DNA from: Octopus bimaculoides
Taxonomy: Eukaryota
Direction: 5' to 3'
DNA length: 64,000 bases
NCBI RefSeq assembly: GCF_001194135.2
Contig: NC_068981.1
Span: forward strand, 39,664,141-39,728,140
Positions 11,501 to 26,349 of this stretch are shown one piece after another. The notes beneath the pieces were generated by a model, which was given only the letters and a program-made list of their open reading frames with translations, searched no databases and had not been told where the DNA came from. The stretch's first letter is position 1. Each line of letters starts with the position of its first letter. Both the position numbers and the translations under genes were made by a program.

Positions 11501-14500
11501 AGCTTTATTTTGTTTACACATTTCATAGTTATTTCTTTACCATTCCTTTATTGAAATAGAAATTTTACATTCATTCTGCTATTGTTAAATTTTAAAAGAA
11601 TATACTTGCAGAGTATCAAATGCATTATTGACCATGACTTCGAATAAACATATATGTATTTTATTTTGCCTAATCATTAGAATAACTTACATTACATTCT
11701 GATAAAAAGTACTGCAATTAATAAGGTTTTGTATGTGGATAAAGACTCAGAATTGTCTTATAAGGCTGGAGAGAGAACTGATGTTGCTCATGCGTATTTC
11801 CCCAAGCATTTAATTCCTTTGATAAAACAGATTGCCTAACCCAATATACCACCATATATATTTCTTGTATTTATCTGTTTGATAGAAAAGACAATTTCCT
11901 TTTGTAACGTGTACACGCACATTACCTTTACAAAAATGTTAAGTACCAACCTCTTGTTTTGTATTAGGTATCTTCTTGAAAAATACATACATATTTGTCA
12001 CTTTATAAGCATGATATGAATGCCAAATAGTCAGAACATGGTAGCTCAGGATTTGAATGAAAAATGTAAGGACACTGGAAGTGTTAAGTTTCATGTTTCA
12101 GTTGTTCAGTTCATATTCGTAAGGTATTATTCGTCTCAGATTCTATCCAGGGATTATTGAGAACACTTTACCAACGACTACCAAATATACTCCTGACATT
12201 AAAAGACAATTAATCCACATTCACTTTAACATTTCAAACGGTATTTAGATACAATTTTTTTAATTATCCAACGTCAAATGTGTGTAAAGAATGGTAGGCA
12301 GAGTGGTGCAATATCCTGGTATACTCAAATATATATATATATATCTGCAACCTGAGAGTGACGGTGGAAATGTACCTTATAATTGTAAGCTTTGTTCATA
12401 TTATGCTTAAACTAAGCTCGAAATTATATGAGCCCATTATGAAACCGTCCCATTAGATATCCACTCACAATGTCCAGAGTCATTTAACACAAATTATCAG
12501 TAATGTAATATCATTTTTCTGAGAAGAAGCTAACTTCAACATAGTTTCAGAGCATTATCCCGAATTACAATCATGTAGCCAATGGCGAGGAACTTCATCA
12601 CCTACCTTCTGTATCACTTTGAATAATTAATGCAGAAAAATATCTTTCAAGTGGCTTCTAGTTCTGGTTCATATATTTTATGTTCAGAGAGGTTACTCCA
12701 ACAGCAGGTGTCTTAATAGTTTCAGTTAACCATACCATTAAATCGTGACTAATTATCTGTTGTATGGCGATGAACACATTCAGTAAAGGCATCCTCAGCA
12801 GGCCGATATTTTCCTCATTCGAATATATTTGATCTGAATGTATCGATGTATGTGTATATAATGGCATTGTTTAAAGATTTTCAGTGTCTCAAGCAAATGA
12901 AATTTGTTATCGTCTTTATTAAGATGCGCCTTCGCTGTGTACGTGTTCCGTTAGATGCGTTGTGAGACAACAATATTAAGAGCGGCATCTGCGAAATAAA
13001 ATGAATTTTGTTCACAATAAAATGTATTCATTAGTAATAATATGCTTCTTACAATATGCAAGAAGCTAAAATTTTGTCGGTTTCTTCATCTTCACTCCAG
13101 CTCTTTAAATTTAATGTAGAAGTTCAAATGAAAGTAGGTAAGGAGATTGAAAGAATGGAAAATCCTTCATCAATGGACTGCACTCAACGAGAATTCCTTC
13201 ATTAGATTCACAAAGATCGGTAGGAATAAGTCCGTATATTGACTGCATTAGAAATTAAATTAATGAGAAGTTTGTGTATATCTCAAAATCAATAGTATAG
13301 TTTCATGCAACTTATTTTCACAATCAAGTGTTAGTTAGTACTAGCAGGCTTTGCCAAGTACGTAACCGCTGTAGATACTAAAATAGTACTGAGAAATCTA
13401 AATGAAAGCATAAAATTTCTACTTCTGTGTGGATGTAATAAGAATCCATGAAACGGAAGAGACTTTCACTCTTTCCAATAACGTATTACCAAAACAGTTT
13501 AGGAGAATTAAAATATCAAGCTGGTAAATTTTGATGGAAGATTTTGCTTAGATCAAGGAATTTTGTATTATAGTACCAGGACCTGTCCCAGGCGAATAGG
13601 TATCAGAAGACTTTAACGTATTTTCAGTATTGATAAGTTTACAGGTCTGAGAATTACGAACACAAATCCCTTGTTTTAAATATTTCGAGTCATAATTTTA
13701 TTAATGAAACCGTATTTTTTTGTTTTCGGTTCCAAAACATTAGTTTATCTGTATTATGTATCGAGGCCCAGTTTATATGGACCTTTTGTATCAGTTGATG
13801 TTCTTGCCCAGGCAGATATGAACGTGCAGATATATGGTAAGTTAAATTCGAGGGAGATTTAGCTGCTATTCTTCGAATATTGAATGACTCATTGAAAATC
13901 CTTTGTTCTCCAGTTGTATTCCTATACAATCCTAGAGCTAATATATTAAACTTAGAGTATATTTTAACAGGACTTGAATGTTTAAAAATGTCCCTTTGTT
14001 TTTCTATAGTGTTTAGAATATGGAGACACCTCTACTTGCTTCTGTTAAAGTGGCTCTATTTTCGATTTAAAACCATAAGTGCAAGCATCTAAACTTACTC
14101 CAGTTTGTGGAATATCACTACTGTTTCTATCCTTCTCTTCTTTTTCTTTCTCTTCTACCTTTTCTCTTTTCAAAGAAATTTTTCTCCCAGCATTCACTAC
14201 TTTCTTTTCGTTCTGGTCTAACGACCCTCCATGTTTGGTTTCGTTCGGTTCCTTTGTATGTCTCCATTTTCCGGTTTTTTTCTCCCAAGTTTGACCCTCC
14301 ATAAATCCTAAATTTTTATTTTAGAAGTTATGTGAGAAACTGTCTTTGAAGACTCATTTTGTCGTTGAATGCTCGAAATGAGGAGTAGATAGACAGCCGA
14401 CAACTGATGATGCGTCATTTCTTTGTATTTACTTGTCCTGTTTCTCATTTTTTCTCTCCTTTGCGTATGTAACTTGTTGTTTTCGTATTTCATATTATTT

Positions 14501-14707
14501 AAACAGTTGGTGACGTCCTGTACCCATATATATATACAGTATATTAAATTCAAATTACGATGAACGTAAACTAACAAACGAAGTATGCTTTTAGATGCGT
14601 TTAGATGTCTTAGAAAGTTAAAGAAGTGATTTTAAATTCTCAAACGCAGGATAATGCTAATAATATAGCCTGAACAGGATAAGCTACCCCTATTTTGCAG
14701 AAAAAAG

Positions 14708-14758
14708 TGTAGGCGACCAGGTATGAGACTCGAACTCACACCTCCGTGATTACGCGTC

Positions 14759-14760
<2 letters not shown>
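14708..14760 (-). mobile_element. tRNA-like SINE head fragment abutting (TA)n
   Basis: Minus strand has a B-box-like T-arm GAGTTCGAGTCTC (14725-14737); the 5' part is lost in the (TA)n tract at 14760-14816. Confidence 0.45.
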
Positions 14761-14818
<58 letters not shown>

Positions 14819-14939
14819 TGAACATGTGTTAGATTCCCAGCATTAAAAATTATTAACGTAAGATCACTCTTTCCGTTTAACAGCTTAATAATAATCTTGA
14901 CGATTACTTTAAAATTACAGCAGAAACTAGCTACGCTAC

Positions 14940-14975
14940 ACATACAGACACAGACACACATTATACATAGATATA

Positions 14976-15008
<33 letters not shown>

Positions 15009-15050
15009 CAGACAGACAGACAGACAGACAGACAGATTGATAGATAGATA
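14940..15050. repeat. Compound (CATA)n/(CAGA)n/(GATA)n microsatellite
   Basis: Direct repeat. Confidence 0.9.
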
Positions 15051-15784
15051 TTTTAAATATATCTGTATGTATGATTGTATGCATGCGTGCAAACTTGTGT
15101 ATTTATGATAAGATTTATAGTATCACAAAGGAAGTATTCTTGACAGACAACGACTGTGGAGGGAATTTTTAATTATATTATAATCATGTGGCTTTATGCT
15201 TTACCAAATTTTGTTTTATATTTTTGGAAACTATCAACAAAAATCTAACATACAGTATTTGTGTATTTTGCCAAGTGTTCCTTTTAATAGTCAAATTATT
15301 TTTTTGTTTCTGCTTTATACAGCTGTTGTAAAATTGCGTGCAAAACATCTAAAATCATTTTTCAAGTTGAAATGTCAATCGTCCACCGTGAAAATTGCAA
15401 AGATATTTAAGTCAGTTATCATGTTTTTCTTACACTGACTTGGAATAGAAATGCAAAAGGAATCTTATTTGTAAGGCACGCCGAATAGCGTATGTCTTAA
15501 CCATGAGATTATACAATGAAATAAGATGTTTAAGCTGTCAACGTTATGCTGCTGAAGCGCTCATTTGTTGCAAGAAAACACGAACAGATGTAAATGAGAA
15601 CGCAATTTTCTTTTATTCATCTGCTGGATTTTCATTTCTTTATGAGTGTACGTTGCATCTAAACCATATTCTTTACGGAATCTATAAATTTATTTACAAA
15701 CTGATTGCTATATAATGCATTCACTTTGCTTACAGAGTTATTTCAAATATGAGGTATTTGAAAATATATCCACAAAGCAGATAG

Positions 15785-15910
15785 CTCTTCTTCTTCTTCT
15801 TCTTCTTCTTCTTCTTCTTCTTCTTCTTCTTCTTCTTCTTCTTCTTCTTCTTCTTCTTCTTCTTCTTCTTCTTCTTCTTCTTCTTCTTCTTTGCCGTCGT
15901 CGTCTTCGTC
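15785..15910. repeat. (TTC)n microsatellite grading into (GTC)n
   Basis: Direct repeat; explains poly-L and poly-R ORFs 15715..16008 and 15738..15962. Confidence 0.97.
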
Positions 15911-16345
15911 TTCTCTTCGTCTTTCTCAACTTCTTTTCATTCTCTTTCTTCGAACTTTGCATCTCCCTTTATTTTTCAATTCAAACCTCTCCCCCTATTT
16001 CCTCATGAATAACAACGATACTCCGATTTCCTCACATTGATCACAACACCAATATTTAACATTTTCTTTGTTCTAAAATTCGTTGGCTTAATGGCTTGTG
16101 GTTCGACTAACAATTGTTGTATCTATAACATTCTTAGTTTCACTTTCACGACCAACATTTTTTAACCTAATATTTGAGAAATCCAGTTCCAGGGATCAAC
16201 AGAAAGCGATTAATCTGAACGGCCTACAATAGTTAATTACCACATTTATTCATATCCAGGGAAGACCAACACCATCTCATTTCCACTTCTATTTCCAGCC
16301 TTTGCTCAACCGCTGACCTCTTTCTCCCTCTCTTTTTCTCTCTCT

Positions 16346-16381
<36 letters not shown>

Positions 16382-16429
16382 TACTGCCTAATCAAGCAAA
16401 CAACTGCTCATCACATCTATATTTTAAAT

Positions 16430-17330
16430 CGTCTGTTACAATACGTCAACCAACTTGTCGAGACAATAAAAGTCTTATGCAGACTATACTTGCAACATTG
16501 TATACATGTAACCCATTTGAATCTCCAAGTGGGCAATAAAAATCATCCTCCCAAATATTCTCTTCGCAATACTCAGTTAACTAAAGTCGTTAACCACTCA
16601 ATATGCATATGTATAAATAAGAGTAATGAAAGGTGCCAACATCTGAAGGGAATCATCTAAACCGCCGACAAAGATCACAATGGGCATTCAAAATTGAGAT
16701 GCCAGCAAAACTATCATCAAAAACGAACGCAAAATATAAGTTCAATGCATCGTACAGCTTTCTAGCTGTAAACTGTTGCAAGACAATTTTCTCCTTGCTT
16801 TACCTAACAAATTTGCAGGAATCTGCTGCTGGCCACATCTCAATGAAGATGCTACTGTGTTAGTAGTATTCTCGGAGAAGCAAAGTCTTCATATAGTATC
16901 TACATTCAGCCTATAGAAATCTATCTCAGTTTATGCCAACAATGTACCCTCCAAATCCATCTATCAGATTGTGTACTTCAAACCCAATCTGTGTACACTA
17001 TATTACACACTCCTATGCAAATATCATCACCCTTAGCCAATCTTAATTTTCAGAACATAAGTATCATTTGTGTGTAGCCTAACGCCCCACAACAGACCTT
17101 ATCATCTCAATACACTAATGAGAATTTGGTTTCTTTTACCAACATAAAAACATAATTCATATATAAACACGGAAGGTGGCCTCGACTCCATTACTTATTA
17201 ATATTATATAGTTAAAATATTTTTTCTCGTCACAAACTATCAGACCTCACAATCTCTGCTTCAAAAATCTCAAAAAATGTTCGAACTTAGCTTTATCATT
17301 CCTTCATGATATACCTCACATACACAAATT
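16430..17330 (+). mobile_element. Decayed CR1/L2-type LINE, 3' part of ORF2
   Basis: By-eye translation: LQVGNKNHPPKYSLRNTQLTKV (from 16523) resembles CR1 'LH.G.KN....Y.L....L..V'; WPHLNEDATVL (from 16830) resembles 'RPHLEYA..VW'; FFSRHKLSDLTISAS near 17220 resembles the C-terminal 'FFS..WN.LP..VVSA'. Many stops and frameshifts. Confidence 0.6.
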
Positions 17331-17417
17331 GACCAAAACTCTATCAGAAAACCTAGGATTACTCTTTTTGACAAAAGACAACAAGATGTAAGTAACGTCC
17401 ATATTTAAGAAAATTAT

Positions 17418-17820
17418 CTTTTATCCTTTCGTTGTTTCAGTCATTTGACCGCGGCAATGCTGGGGCACTACTCTGAACATTTTTTGTCAAACAAATCAAC
17501 CTCAGTGTATTTTGAAGCCTGGTAGCTATTCTGTTGGTCTCTTTTTTGTTGAACCACAAAGTTACAGAGACGTAAACACACCGACACTGGTTGTCAAGCA
17601 GTGGCGGGAGACAAGCACATACACTAAGACATATGCACATGTAGATATATATATATACACACACACACACGACGGGTTTATTCCTCTGTTTCCGTCTACC
17701 AAAACCACTCACAAGTCTTTGGTCGACCCGAGGCTAAAGTAGAAGACACTTGACCAAGATGACACGCTGTGGGACTGAACCCGAAAACATGTAGTTGGGA
17801 AGCAAGCTTCTTACCGCACC
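17418..17820 (-). mobile_element. tRNA-derived SINE, family B (head, cttgggcaagtgtcttc core, internal (TA)/(TG), tail ...gcggtcaaatgactgaaac)
   Basis: Colinear with copies at 24318-24885 and 63861-64000. Confidence 0.9.
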
Positions 17821-18283
17821 TGAAACGACACTGATGTTAGATATTGAAAACCGCCCTTGATATGTCATTTTACTCATCAATATTCTCAAAAACTAGTTTC
17901 TCTGCCTTCTCAAACACTGCTCCGTTTTCTTCCTCTCAGAACTAGCTAGGTAATTACACTCTGTGGACGAAGAGCGCGTAGCTTCTCTCTCTTCTATTGT
18001 TATTCTTGTGGTGTTGCTAGATTTCATAGCAAGCCTTTCGCCAAGCCTTTTTCACAATGCATGCAAACCTTCTGAAACCTAGCACCGCCACCCAAGTGCC
18101 TTCTTAAAGTCACAGTCACAAATGTTTACAAACCATAAATCAACCTCGTAAATCTCATCAGTATAGAGGGCGCTTTAAAGATAAAACAGTATTCTTCCTC
18201 TTCTGACTAAATCGCAAAACATATTCATGTGCACATACGCTTCAAGAAAAATATCATTTAGCCACTGACATATTTACGACTGT

Positions 18284-18394
<111 letters not shown>

Positions 18395-19042
18395 AACGCT
18401 TGGTTCGTATTTGTACACTTGGGAGCTAGTACAACAATACTACCTGAGCATTTTAGGGTTGCTATACGTGTTGTGTATATTCGAAGAAAACTATAGGTTT
18501 GTTCTGCTACTTGATAATTTATATTTTCTATCCAATAGAAATACTTCCACGAGGTTTCCTTCTGAAAGTACACATTTTTTTAACACTTACGTAGGACGGT
18601 GGTCACGTATAATTCTTTTCCTTTACTTTGTGTCAACCTCCTCGTGTAAGTATAGTTACTAGTACTGCTATAACATCTGGAAATACAATTGTGTCCACTC
18701 TGGTTATCTCAATGTTTTATACTTCGAAAACTTTTCAGTTTCTTTTAAAAATATATTTACGTCTGAGAGACATTACACATCACATTTGTTAAAAAAATTG
18801 CTTTATTTGGTTTTCTTATTTTTTAAACTAAATATATATGGTCGATGATGTGTGCATAGCTGTAAACCATAATAGCGTCATACCATCGTTTTCCTATAAT
18901 TTCCTGATGTCTGTGGTCATTCAATTTCTGGATTATTCTAATTTTGTATTATTTGAGTAGTTTTTACTGGAGGTGTCTTGCTGTTATGGGGAGTCCATAT
19001 ATATATATGCAAACAGTCTTGACTGGAATCTGACATTTAGTA

Positions 19043-19171
<129 letters not shown>

Positions 19172-19502
19172 AAATTTACTTCTATTTCTGTTTTTAAAGA
19201 AGAACATTCTTCTGCGAGCTCTGTTGTGTATTTATCAACTGTTAGATTTCAATATATTGGCTTGCGGTTGTTGCAGTTATCTTTATATTTGAAAGATTTG
19301 TGTCATGTCCTAGGAGGTACCTTAACATTTTTATGTACCATTATCCTCTGGTGTATTTGTATGTATGTATGTATGTGCCTATCTATATATTTTTTGCTTC
19401 AGTAACTATTCTCTATGAGACGTGTCTTTTCGTATTTATCTTACAATTTGGTGTGTGTATATGTCTGTGTGTGCGTGCGTGTGTGTGTGTATGTGTGTGT
19501 TT

Positions 19503-19542
<40 letters not shown>

Positions 19543-19619
19543 CATGTGAAATAAGCTAAGAACACAATTCCTGATTCGGTATTTCGTCCGGGCATTAACT
19601 TATTTCTTCTCAATCAGTG

Positions 19620-20560
19620 TAGCATTAATGCAATAAACCAGTGATCGATGAACCATCTGCTTCAGGGCAGATATCGAAGTGGATAACATCGGGGCGTATT
19701 TAAGTACTGACTGATCAGTCTCGTTCAGAAATGGACTAACCAGCAGCTGCTCTTGAATGGTCGGGCAGGAGTGTTTTACGTAACTTGTTATTTGGCAAAC
19801 CTGATGTGTCTGTTCGTACACTTCTTGATGGAGTAACGTGCACCACTGTCAAATGGTGTATATGCCGTCAACACCCTCTGCATACATAGCTCGATATGTA
19901 TGTCGATTATGTAAGGACGAGAGGTGAAGATGTAGCATTTGCAAATATTCCTAGACTGCAATAAAGAGTCGTCTCTGTAAATTATGTCCTTTTTTAAATG
20001 AATTAAGCCAATTGTAAGAATATGCATCTCACATCTGGAATGTAGTTAAGCGTTCTCGGTTCACTTCCAGCTTGGCAACGTTTTAGGTCTTAAGGTAAAA
20101 AGTTTACTATGGAAACTCTATTTATCAAGGAAGGTCAATTGAACATCCTAATCTGACGGACATTCAAATCATGGTGAATGCATAATTTCCCGAAACCTTT
20201 GATAACAGTGCTACAAACGTAGTTATTGTCCGTTCAGGATAAACTCTACATATATGGTAACAGGGAGAGATGGGCTTGTTCGTAATGTGCGCAAAACAAA
20301 GAAATCGGCTTTCACGCCTTCGTTAATTGTTTGGGTCTTACTGACACGTGGAGTTAAGTCGAACAACGAATGTCATGTGTAGAGAAGCTGGGCCTATCAA
20401 CCAAGTTCATCCTGAATACGTTTCCTATTTGGCTACGGTAAAATAAATTATGTGGTAGACAGCATTCAAAGGGCTGGCGACTGATATTTTCTTCTTGCTC
20501 ATGCCAACATCAATTCTTCAAATTCCAGTTGGGGAGAAATGAAGTTTGAAAGGAAATAAA
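19620..20560 (-). mobile_element. Decayed RTE-clade LINE (RT C-terminal half)
   Basis: Minus-strand fragments VDGIYT (cf. LDGCYT), KHSCPTIQEQ followed by AAG and LISQYL (cf. TIQ.RR.RHAGHC.RS..ELISDVL), and NVAKLEVNRERLT (cf. GL.IN..KT). Heavily mutated. Confidence 0.55.
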
Positions 20561-20851
20561 TTTATTAAAAGCTAGGTAAGAGTGGTGAGGGTATCATACA
20601 AATCTCAGTATGATTTCTGTAGCTTTTATAAAATAAAAGCTACATAAACGATCTGAGTAAGCCATCATCGTTTTTGCCATTTGTTCTTGTTTTTATATCT
20701 CTTTCATTCTACTCCATAATGATTATTATTTTGCTGAGTCGTTATAGCGTCGGATAAAATACTTTACAGTAGTTGCTACGGATCACTAAGTTGTGGGTTT
20801 AAATTCTACTCAAGTTTAACTATACTATTGAAATATTTATAGTCTAAGGTA

Positions 20852-21036
20852 ATGGTAGTCAGAATCATTAGAGTGTCGCACAAAATACCTTACGGTATTT
20901 TATCCATCTCTTTGAGTTTAAATCTTGCCAAGGTCAATATTTCATTCATTGTATCGGGGTCTATGAAATAAAATACCAATCAAGTATTGGCGTTTTCCTC
21001 TTAAACTTTCTGATCTTGTATCAAAATTTGAAACAA
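20852..21036 (+). mobile_element. Decayed family A SINE
   Basis: cagaatcattagagtgtcgcacaaaatacctta head, ggggtctatgaaataaaatacc core, caaaatttgaaac tail. Confidence 0.65.
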
Positions 21037-22209
21037 AGATGGTGATGATTCAGACGATGATGATGAGGAGGACGACGACGATGATAATGATGATGATAAT
21101 AATAATGTAGTTTACCATTCAAGTGTAGTCCGACAAAGCCTTTAAAAAAACAAAGCCTTTAATATAATCGATGTTGATCTGACCACAATATATATTATAA
21201 AGAATTCTAGAAATTATTTAAAACCTGTATATAACTATTCTCAACAAATCGAAAGTTGTTTTCGTAGTATATTTGGAATTGCTATGTATATTCCCGAAGA
21301 AGCTTTTATTTTGATTTAAACAACTATAAAGGAAATCGTGTTTCAACAAAATACAAATGTCTAATTGCCTAGAATCTGATACCCTAATGAAACCACTTTT
21401 TGAATAAATTTCTGAAAACGTGATTGAAGGAAAAATCTATTCTTATTTTGCTTCCAGGCGTTATCATCTATAGTGTGTCGTGCGTAATTATAATGATCAA
21501 AATTTTGTTTTTGTTGTTGCTGTTGGTGGTGGTGGTGGTGGTGGTAGCAGAGATGGTGGTGGAAGTGATAAAGGTGATGATGATGATTTCTTAGATACTT
21601 AAGCACAAACAAAATAACATACACACGCAAAAGAATACCATTAAAAACGATCAAGATACGCAACAAATATCACAAGAGGAAATAAATGGCGAAATATACT
21701 CTATCGAGGAAGACATTCACTTAAACACTGCCATTTATCTAGCAATGGTTGGTCGACAGTCAACACTACCTTAAAAAGGCGAGTCGTTTGGAAAGATTAA
21801 GTGAGCCAGCGAGTTGAGTTGTGAAGATAAAACACATTATTGGAAGAATTGGAAGAACAGTGGATTATTTTGTTCGAAATCAAAATCGATTATACTAATT
21901 AGATGTCCAAATCCGAGTAAAGGCACTACGTTTACAAACAAAATGAAGCAACACTTATACTGAGTTACACAAATACCAAATACTGACTTATTAAAATTCC
22001 CCATAGATAGTTGGATAAAAAAAAATGGCAATTTAACAAACTGTACCTGAGATCAGTATGTGGTATGTAATGTAAAAACAAAATTAAACCTACTTGATTC
22101 GAAATAATTATGATTTTGATCTTCGCTCTGGGATCAGGGTTTGAAGCAGATAATTACGTCTCCTGGTAATGGACGTAGGTCTCTAGAAGACTGTTGGCCA
22201 CGTTATTCA

Positions 22210-22400
22210 ATACTGGTTAGCCTTAACAAATGAGATCAATGATAAAACGGCCTTTCTTCTGTTATCCAGAATGTTTTCCATTTTCTCTAAGACGGTATAG
22301 TGTGATGTTCTATTTTCTAGCAGGTCGATTGACCGTATACAGATGCCCTCATGAGCTTATCTACATCGCAAGTAAGCTACCAACGTGATGCGCTACGTAT
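22210..22400 (-). repeat. Dispersed repeat (core gacctgctagaaatag) also seen near 34130-34200, 41724-41820 and 42975-43060
   Basis: Shared ~50-nt motif among four loci; the family cannot be named from sequence alone. Confidence 0.4.
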
Positions 22401-24317
22401 GTAGCCAATAACTAAGGTGTTTCAGAATAAAGTCTCCTAATCGGAAACATATGGAAACCCCAGCAGTAGATTTGAACTCACAATATTTGACCAGCTTATG
22501 TAATGCCTTATCTGCTATAAGCAATTTAGAAAAAGTGTCTTGCTTATGGATAACCTACAAAATTGATTACAAATGATTACTGTTCGGTAATCATTTGTGT
22601 CAATGTATGAGCGTACTGATACGTTCTGGATTAGAAACATAGTTCTTTCTGCAGATGTCATACGCTGCAAAAAAGTGTTGTTTAGCATTGCTTGATACTA
22701 AATTTCTTAAATTGATTACTTAAAGAATAAAATTCTTGAATCCAAGACAACCGATTATGGGATGCATCAGCAAAATTTAGTCGAACGGAGAGTTGCTAGA
22801 ATACTTGGCTAAATTCAGTTGCAATTAGAACTGAAGTATATGAAATTTTGAGCTTTTGCCTTAATATTGTGGACGGTTCCTTTATATAGAACAAGAGGTT
22901 AGTTCATTATTCTATAATATGGTAGTGAAACCACCACCATCAATACCGTGTATGTGAAATCATTAAGTGTAGTCAGTTCAATTAATTCGAAAATTTGGTA
23001 TTTTTGAATTGAGAAGACCTAATGTTGCTACAGCTGTGATAGTAATTAGATATTTAGTGACTGATGGTTCTGTTATAAATCAATATAGGTATTTTGTATT
23101 GAATAACAAAGCGCTTTCTCAGAACCACGCGAAGTATAATCATTAAATACTGTAAAAATAAAGATATATATAATGGTTCGTAAGCAAATTTCTTCAAAAT
23201 CAGAACGGATCATGAAACTAGTATCAAAGTCAGTCCAGGATATATTTGATTAATTCATATATTAATTCTATGAAATTTAATATATAAATTATATATAAAA
23301 TAATTAAATACGGATATCTCTAATGTATAAAATATACAAAATAATTAGAACACAGACATGAAATTAATACAAAATGTTATATAACTACATTTATGCCTGG
23401 ATATAAAAATAAAAACAAAACTTATGTGAACATCAAGAACGAAATATTTAAGCTCAAGCTAACACTTGTATCAAATCACAAAATCAAAACAGTGCAAAGA
23501 TTCGACATATTTTTTTAGTCCTTAAGTTAGTTTTATAGACAGTATAATGAGAGCAATGGAATACTATATGTCTAGTATATTTTTGTACATTCTTTCGAGT
23601 TTGTAACATCAGATACATCCAACAAATTTTATTTTACTGCTTTTATTCTTTTCAGATAAATAAAATATATTCGATTGAAGTATGTGCCAAGTATCAAGAT
23701 CGACTCATTTTCCCATCCCAAAACTCAAGTGCTAACAAACAAACATCTTATCACTTATTAGGAGCATTCAACCGTTTCCTAATAACGACTACTCACAAGT
23801 TCACATACTACTCAACGCCCATCCCTTACTTCTGAACTCTGTGACACTTCGAGTTAGCTGATCGGTCGGTGTTAGTTCATTAGTTCTGTTCAACCTATTC
23901 CTACTTGAACCTCCGCTTCACTTTGACGCTGTTCTAAAGTGAAGATTGCACTAACTCTTGTTTATTTCAGCTCCTGTTTATTTCGCTAAAACATATCTCT
24001 TGATATGCGTAGTAAATATGCCGCATACATATTCGCTCCACGTATCAATATATAATATTGTATCGTCAGCTCAAACATAAACAGCACATCATTAGAATTT
24101 TCAAACTTGCAGCAGACGTTCGTTTTCACCAGCAGTGACAATCTCTCCTGGCAAAAGCACTTCCCCAAAATAACAATCAATGCAACACAAAACCTGGATT
24201 TCCTCTTCAGGGCTGGATACTAATGTAGGTCCTAGTGATTATTAACGCTCTCTAAAGGTCAAATGAGACCCACAGTAGAGTAATGCTTCCACTTCTAAGG
24301 TAGTATTGATGCTACAT

Positions 24318-24535
24318 ATTCTTTTACTCTTTTAGTCTTTAGCTTGATTCAGACATTTGACTGCGGCCATCCTGGAGCAGCACCTTTAATCCAACAAATC
24401 GACCCCAAGACTTATTCTTTGTAAGCCTACTACTTATTCTATCGGTTTCTTTTGCCGAACCGCTAGGTTACAGGGACATAAACACACAAATATCGGTTGT
24501 CAAGCGATGGTCGAGGGATACAGACACTCAAATAC

Positions 24536-24596
<61 letters not shown>

Positions 24597-24695
24597 ACGG
24601 ATTTCTTTCAGTTTCCGTCTGCCAAATCGACTCACAAGGCTTTGGTAGAAGACACTTGACAAAGGTGCCACGCAATGGAACTGAACCCAGAAGCA
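24318..24695 (-). mobile_element. Family B SINE (5'-truncated head)
   Basis: Colinear with 17418-17820; internal (TA)n at ~24540-24594. Confidence 0.9.
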
Positions 24696-24782
24696 CATAC
24701 ACACACACACATAGTTGAAATTTATAGAAAATCAAAAGATGAAGGCAGGTGTATGAACAACAACCAGTTGTATTAGTTTGAC

Positions 24783-24885
24783 GCTATAGTAGAAGACACT
24801 TGCCCAAGGTGAGACGCAGTGGAACTCAACCCAGAACCATGTGGTTGGGAAGCAAGCTTCTTACCACACAGCTACTCATACGCCT
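24783..24885 (-). mobile_element. Family B SINE head plus core
   Basis: Reverse complement of aggcgtatgagtagctgtgtggtaagaagcttgcttcccaaccacatggttctgggttgagttccactgcgtctcaccttgggcaagtgtcttctactatag, matching 63861-63960. Confidence 0.9.
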
Positions 24886-25926
24886 AGACATCTTGAAAAG
24901 TAGCCAAAAAGGCCGTGAGAAAAATTGGCACGAGGTTGCTTGTCAACACTGGCCCATTATTACGCTCTCTCTATCTATCTATCTGTCTGTCTATCTCCTC
25001 ATCCTTTCCTACCGCTACTACAATGTTGTCCCTAATTGTCTCTTCTCTCCTCAACGTTCATATTACAGCCATCTCACTAAAATCACCAACTCCTCTATTT
25101 CATTTCTATGGAATTTTCTCCCTGTCTGATTTTTTTCCCTTTTTCCTGCAGTCCTGAATTTGTAACTGTCCAAACCGAGCGTTAACTGTATCGATCTCAC
25201 CAGTTTTGGAAAGCCCGAGTATGCCATTTCCGCAGTCATGTCTTCAGGACTAGCCTAATAACGTACGAACGATAAATCTATGTAGACTTTTACTTCTTCG
25301 AAACCAAAAAAAAAATGATATTTGTCGAAGTTATAAATCAATATTCTGTTAAAATATAATTACTAATCGTCATATTCTCCAAAACCTTTTTTCATCATTT
25401 GTTACTTAACGCATATGAATATATACTGGAAGCATTTTTACATTCTCTAATGTTTGGAACTTACTCTCGGTTTAAAATTGGGATTCGGCTGTATTAAAAA
25501 AGTTAATATCTATTTTGATAAAAGTAAAAGTAAATCAAATACACATCAGTCGGTTCAAGTTCAATCCCCATGATCAAGAAAAATTGCCATTGCTGTATTT
25601 TTATGCTCTTTCTAGAAACATCTTTACATGAAGCTGATTTGTTAAAGCATGAATTATATTAAAAAATTTCACACTCATATTTAGTTCCAATCACCAAGTC
25701 TTCTAACAAGAAAAGATATATTTTTAACTTCAGAAATAAATATCTTAGCTTCATATTATGCAGTTTGTATTTTTGAACCTGTTTAAGCAGCATAAACCAC
25801 TACTTTTAAAATCAATCAATTCCATCTATTCTTGGTACTCAAAAATATTCTGTCCAAACCACTTACAAAATATCATTAATTTTACTATTACTTTAATTGT
25901 TTTTATCACTTTTTAGTACTTCAAGT

Positions 25927-26103
25927 GGGCGGTGAGTTGGCAGAATTGTTAAAGAAATACATTGTGTTATTTTCTTCGTTTTTGTTCTGTGTTCAAATCT
26001 AGGCAACGCTGACTTTTCCTTTCAACATTTCAATCAAGTACTGAGGTCGGTTAATCACTTCACTCAAAATTACTGGCCTTCTGCCCAAATTAGAAAAATT
26101 ATT
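25927..26103 (+). mobile_element. Decayed family A SINE
   Basis: Head gggcggtgagttggcagaattgtta, B-box-like gttcaaatc, tail ggccttctgcccaaattagaaa. Confidence 0.7.
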
Positions 26104-26349
26104 ATAACTACATTTTTCATATCAAACCCATTATATTTTTCATTGATCTCCGATTTAAGAATCGATTCATTACTACTATGATACTCTATCGTGCATGCAT
26201 TTTTACAAGTTTTTTCGAGGCAGATGAAAGCAGCTCCTTGTGCCTCGGATACATAAAATTAATTTTGTATTTTTCTTAGTTATTGAGACTACATAATATA
26301 TGTGAAAAGGCAAGTAGTGAATGAGTATAAATTATGGCATTTCGATAAT

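Noticed and set aside
14099-14307. Minus-strand exon (charged peptide, strong GGA|gtaagt donor at 14098-14093)
   Set aside because: The acceptor has no polypyrimidine tract, there is no recognisable domain or partner exon, and purine-rich low complexity explains the open frame.
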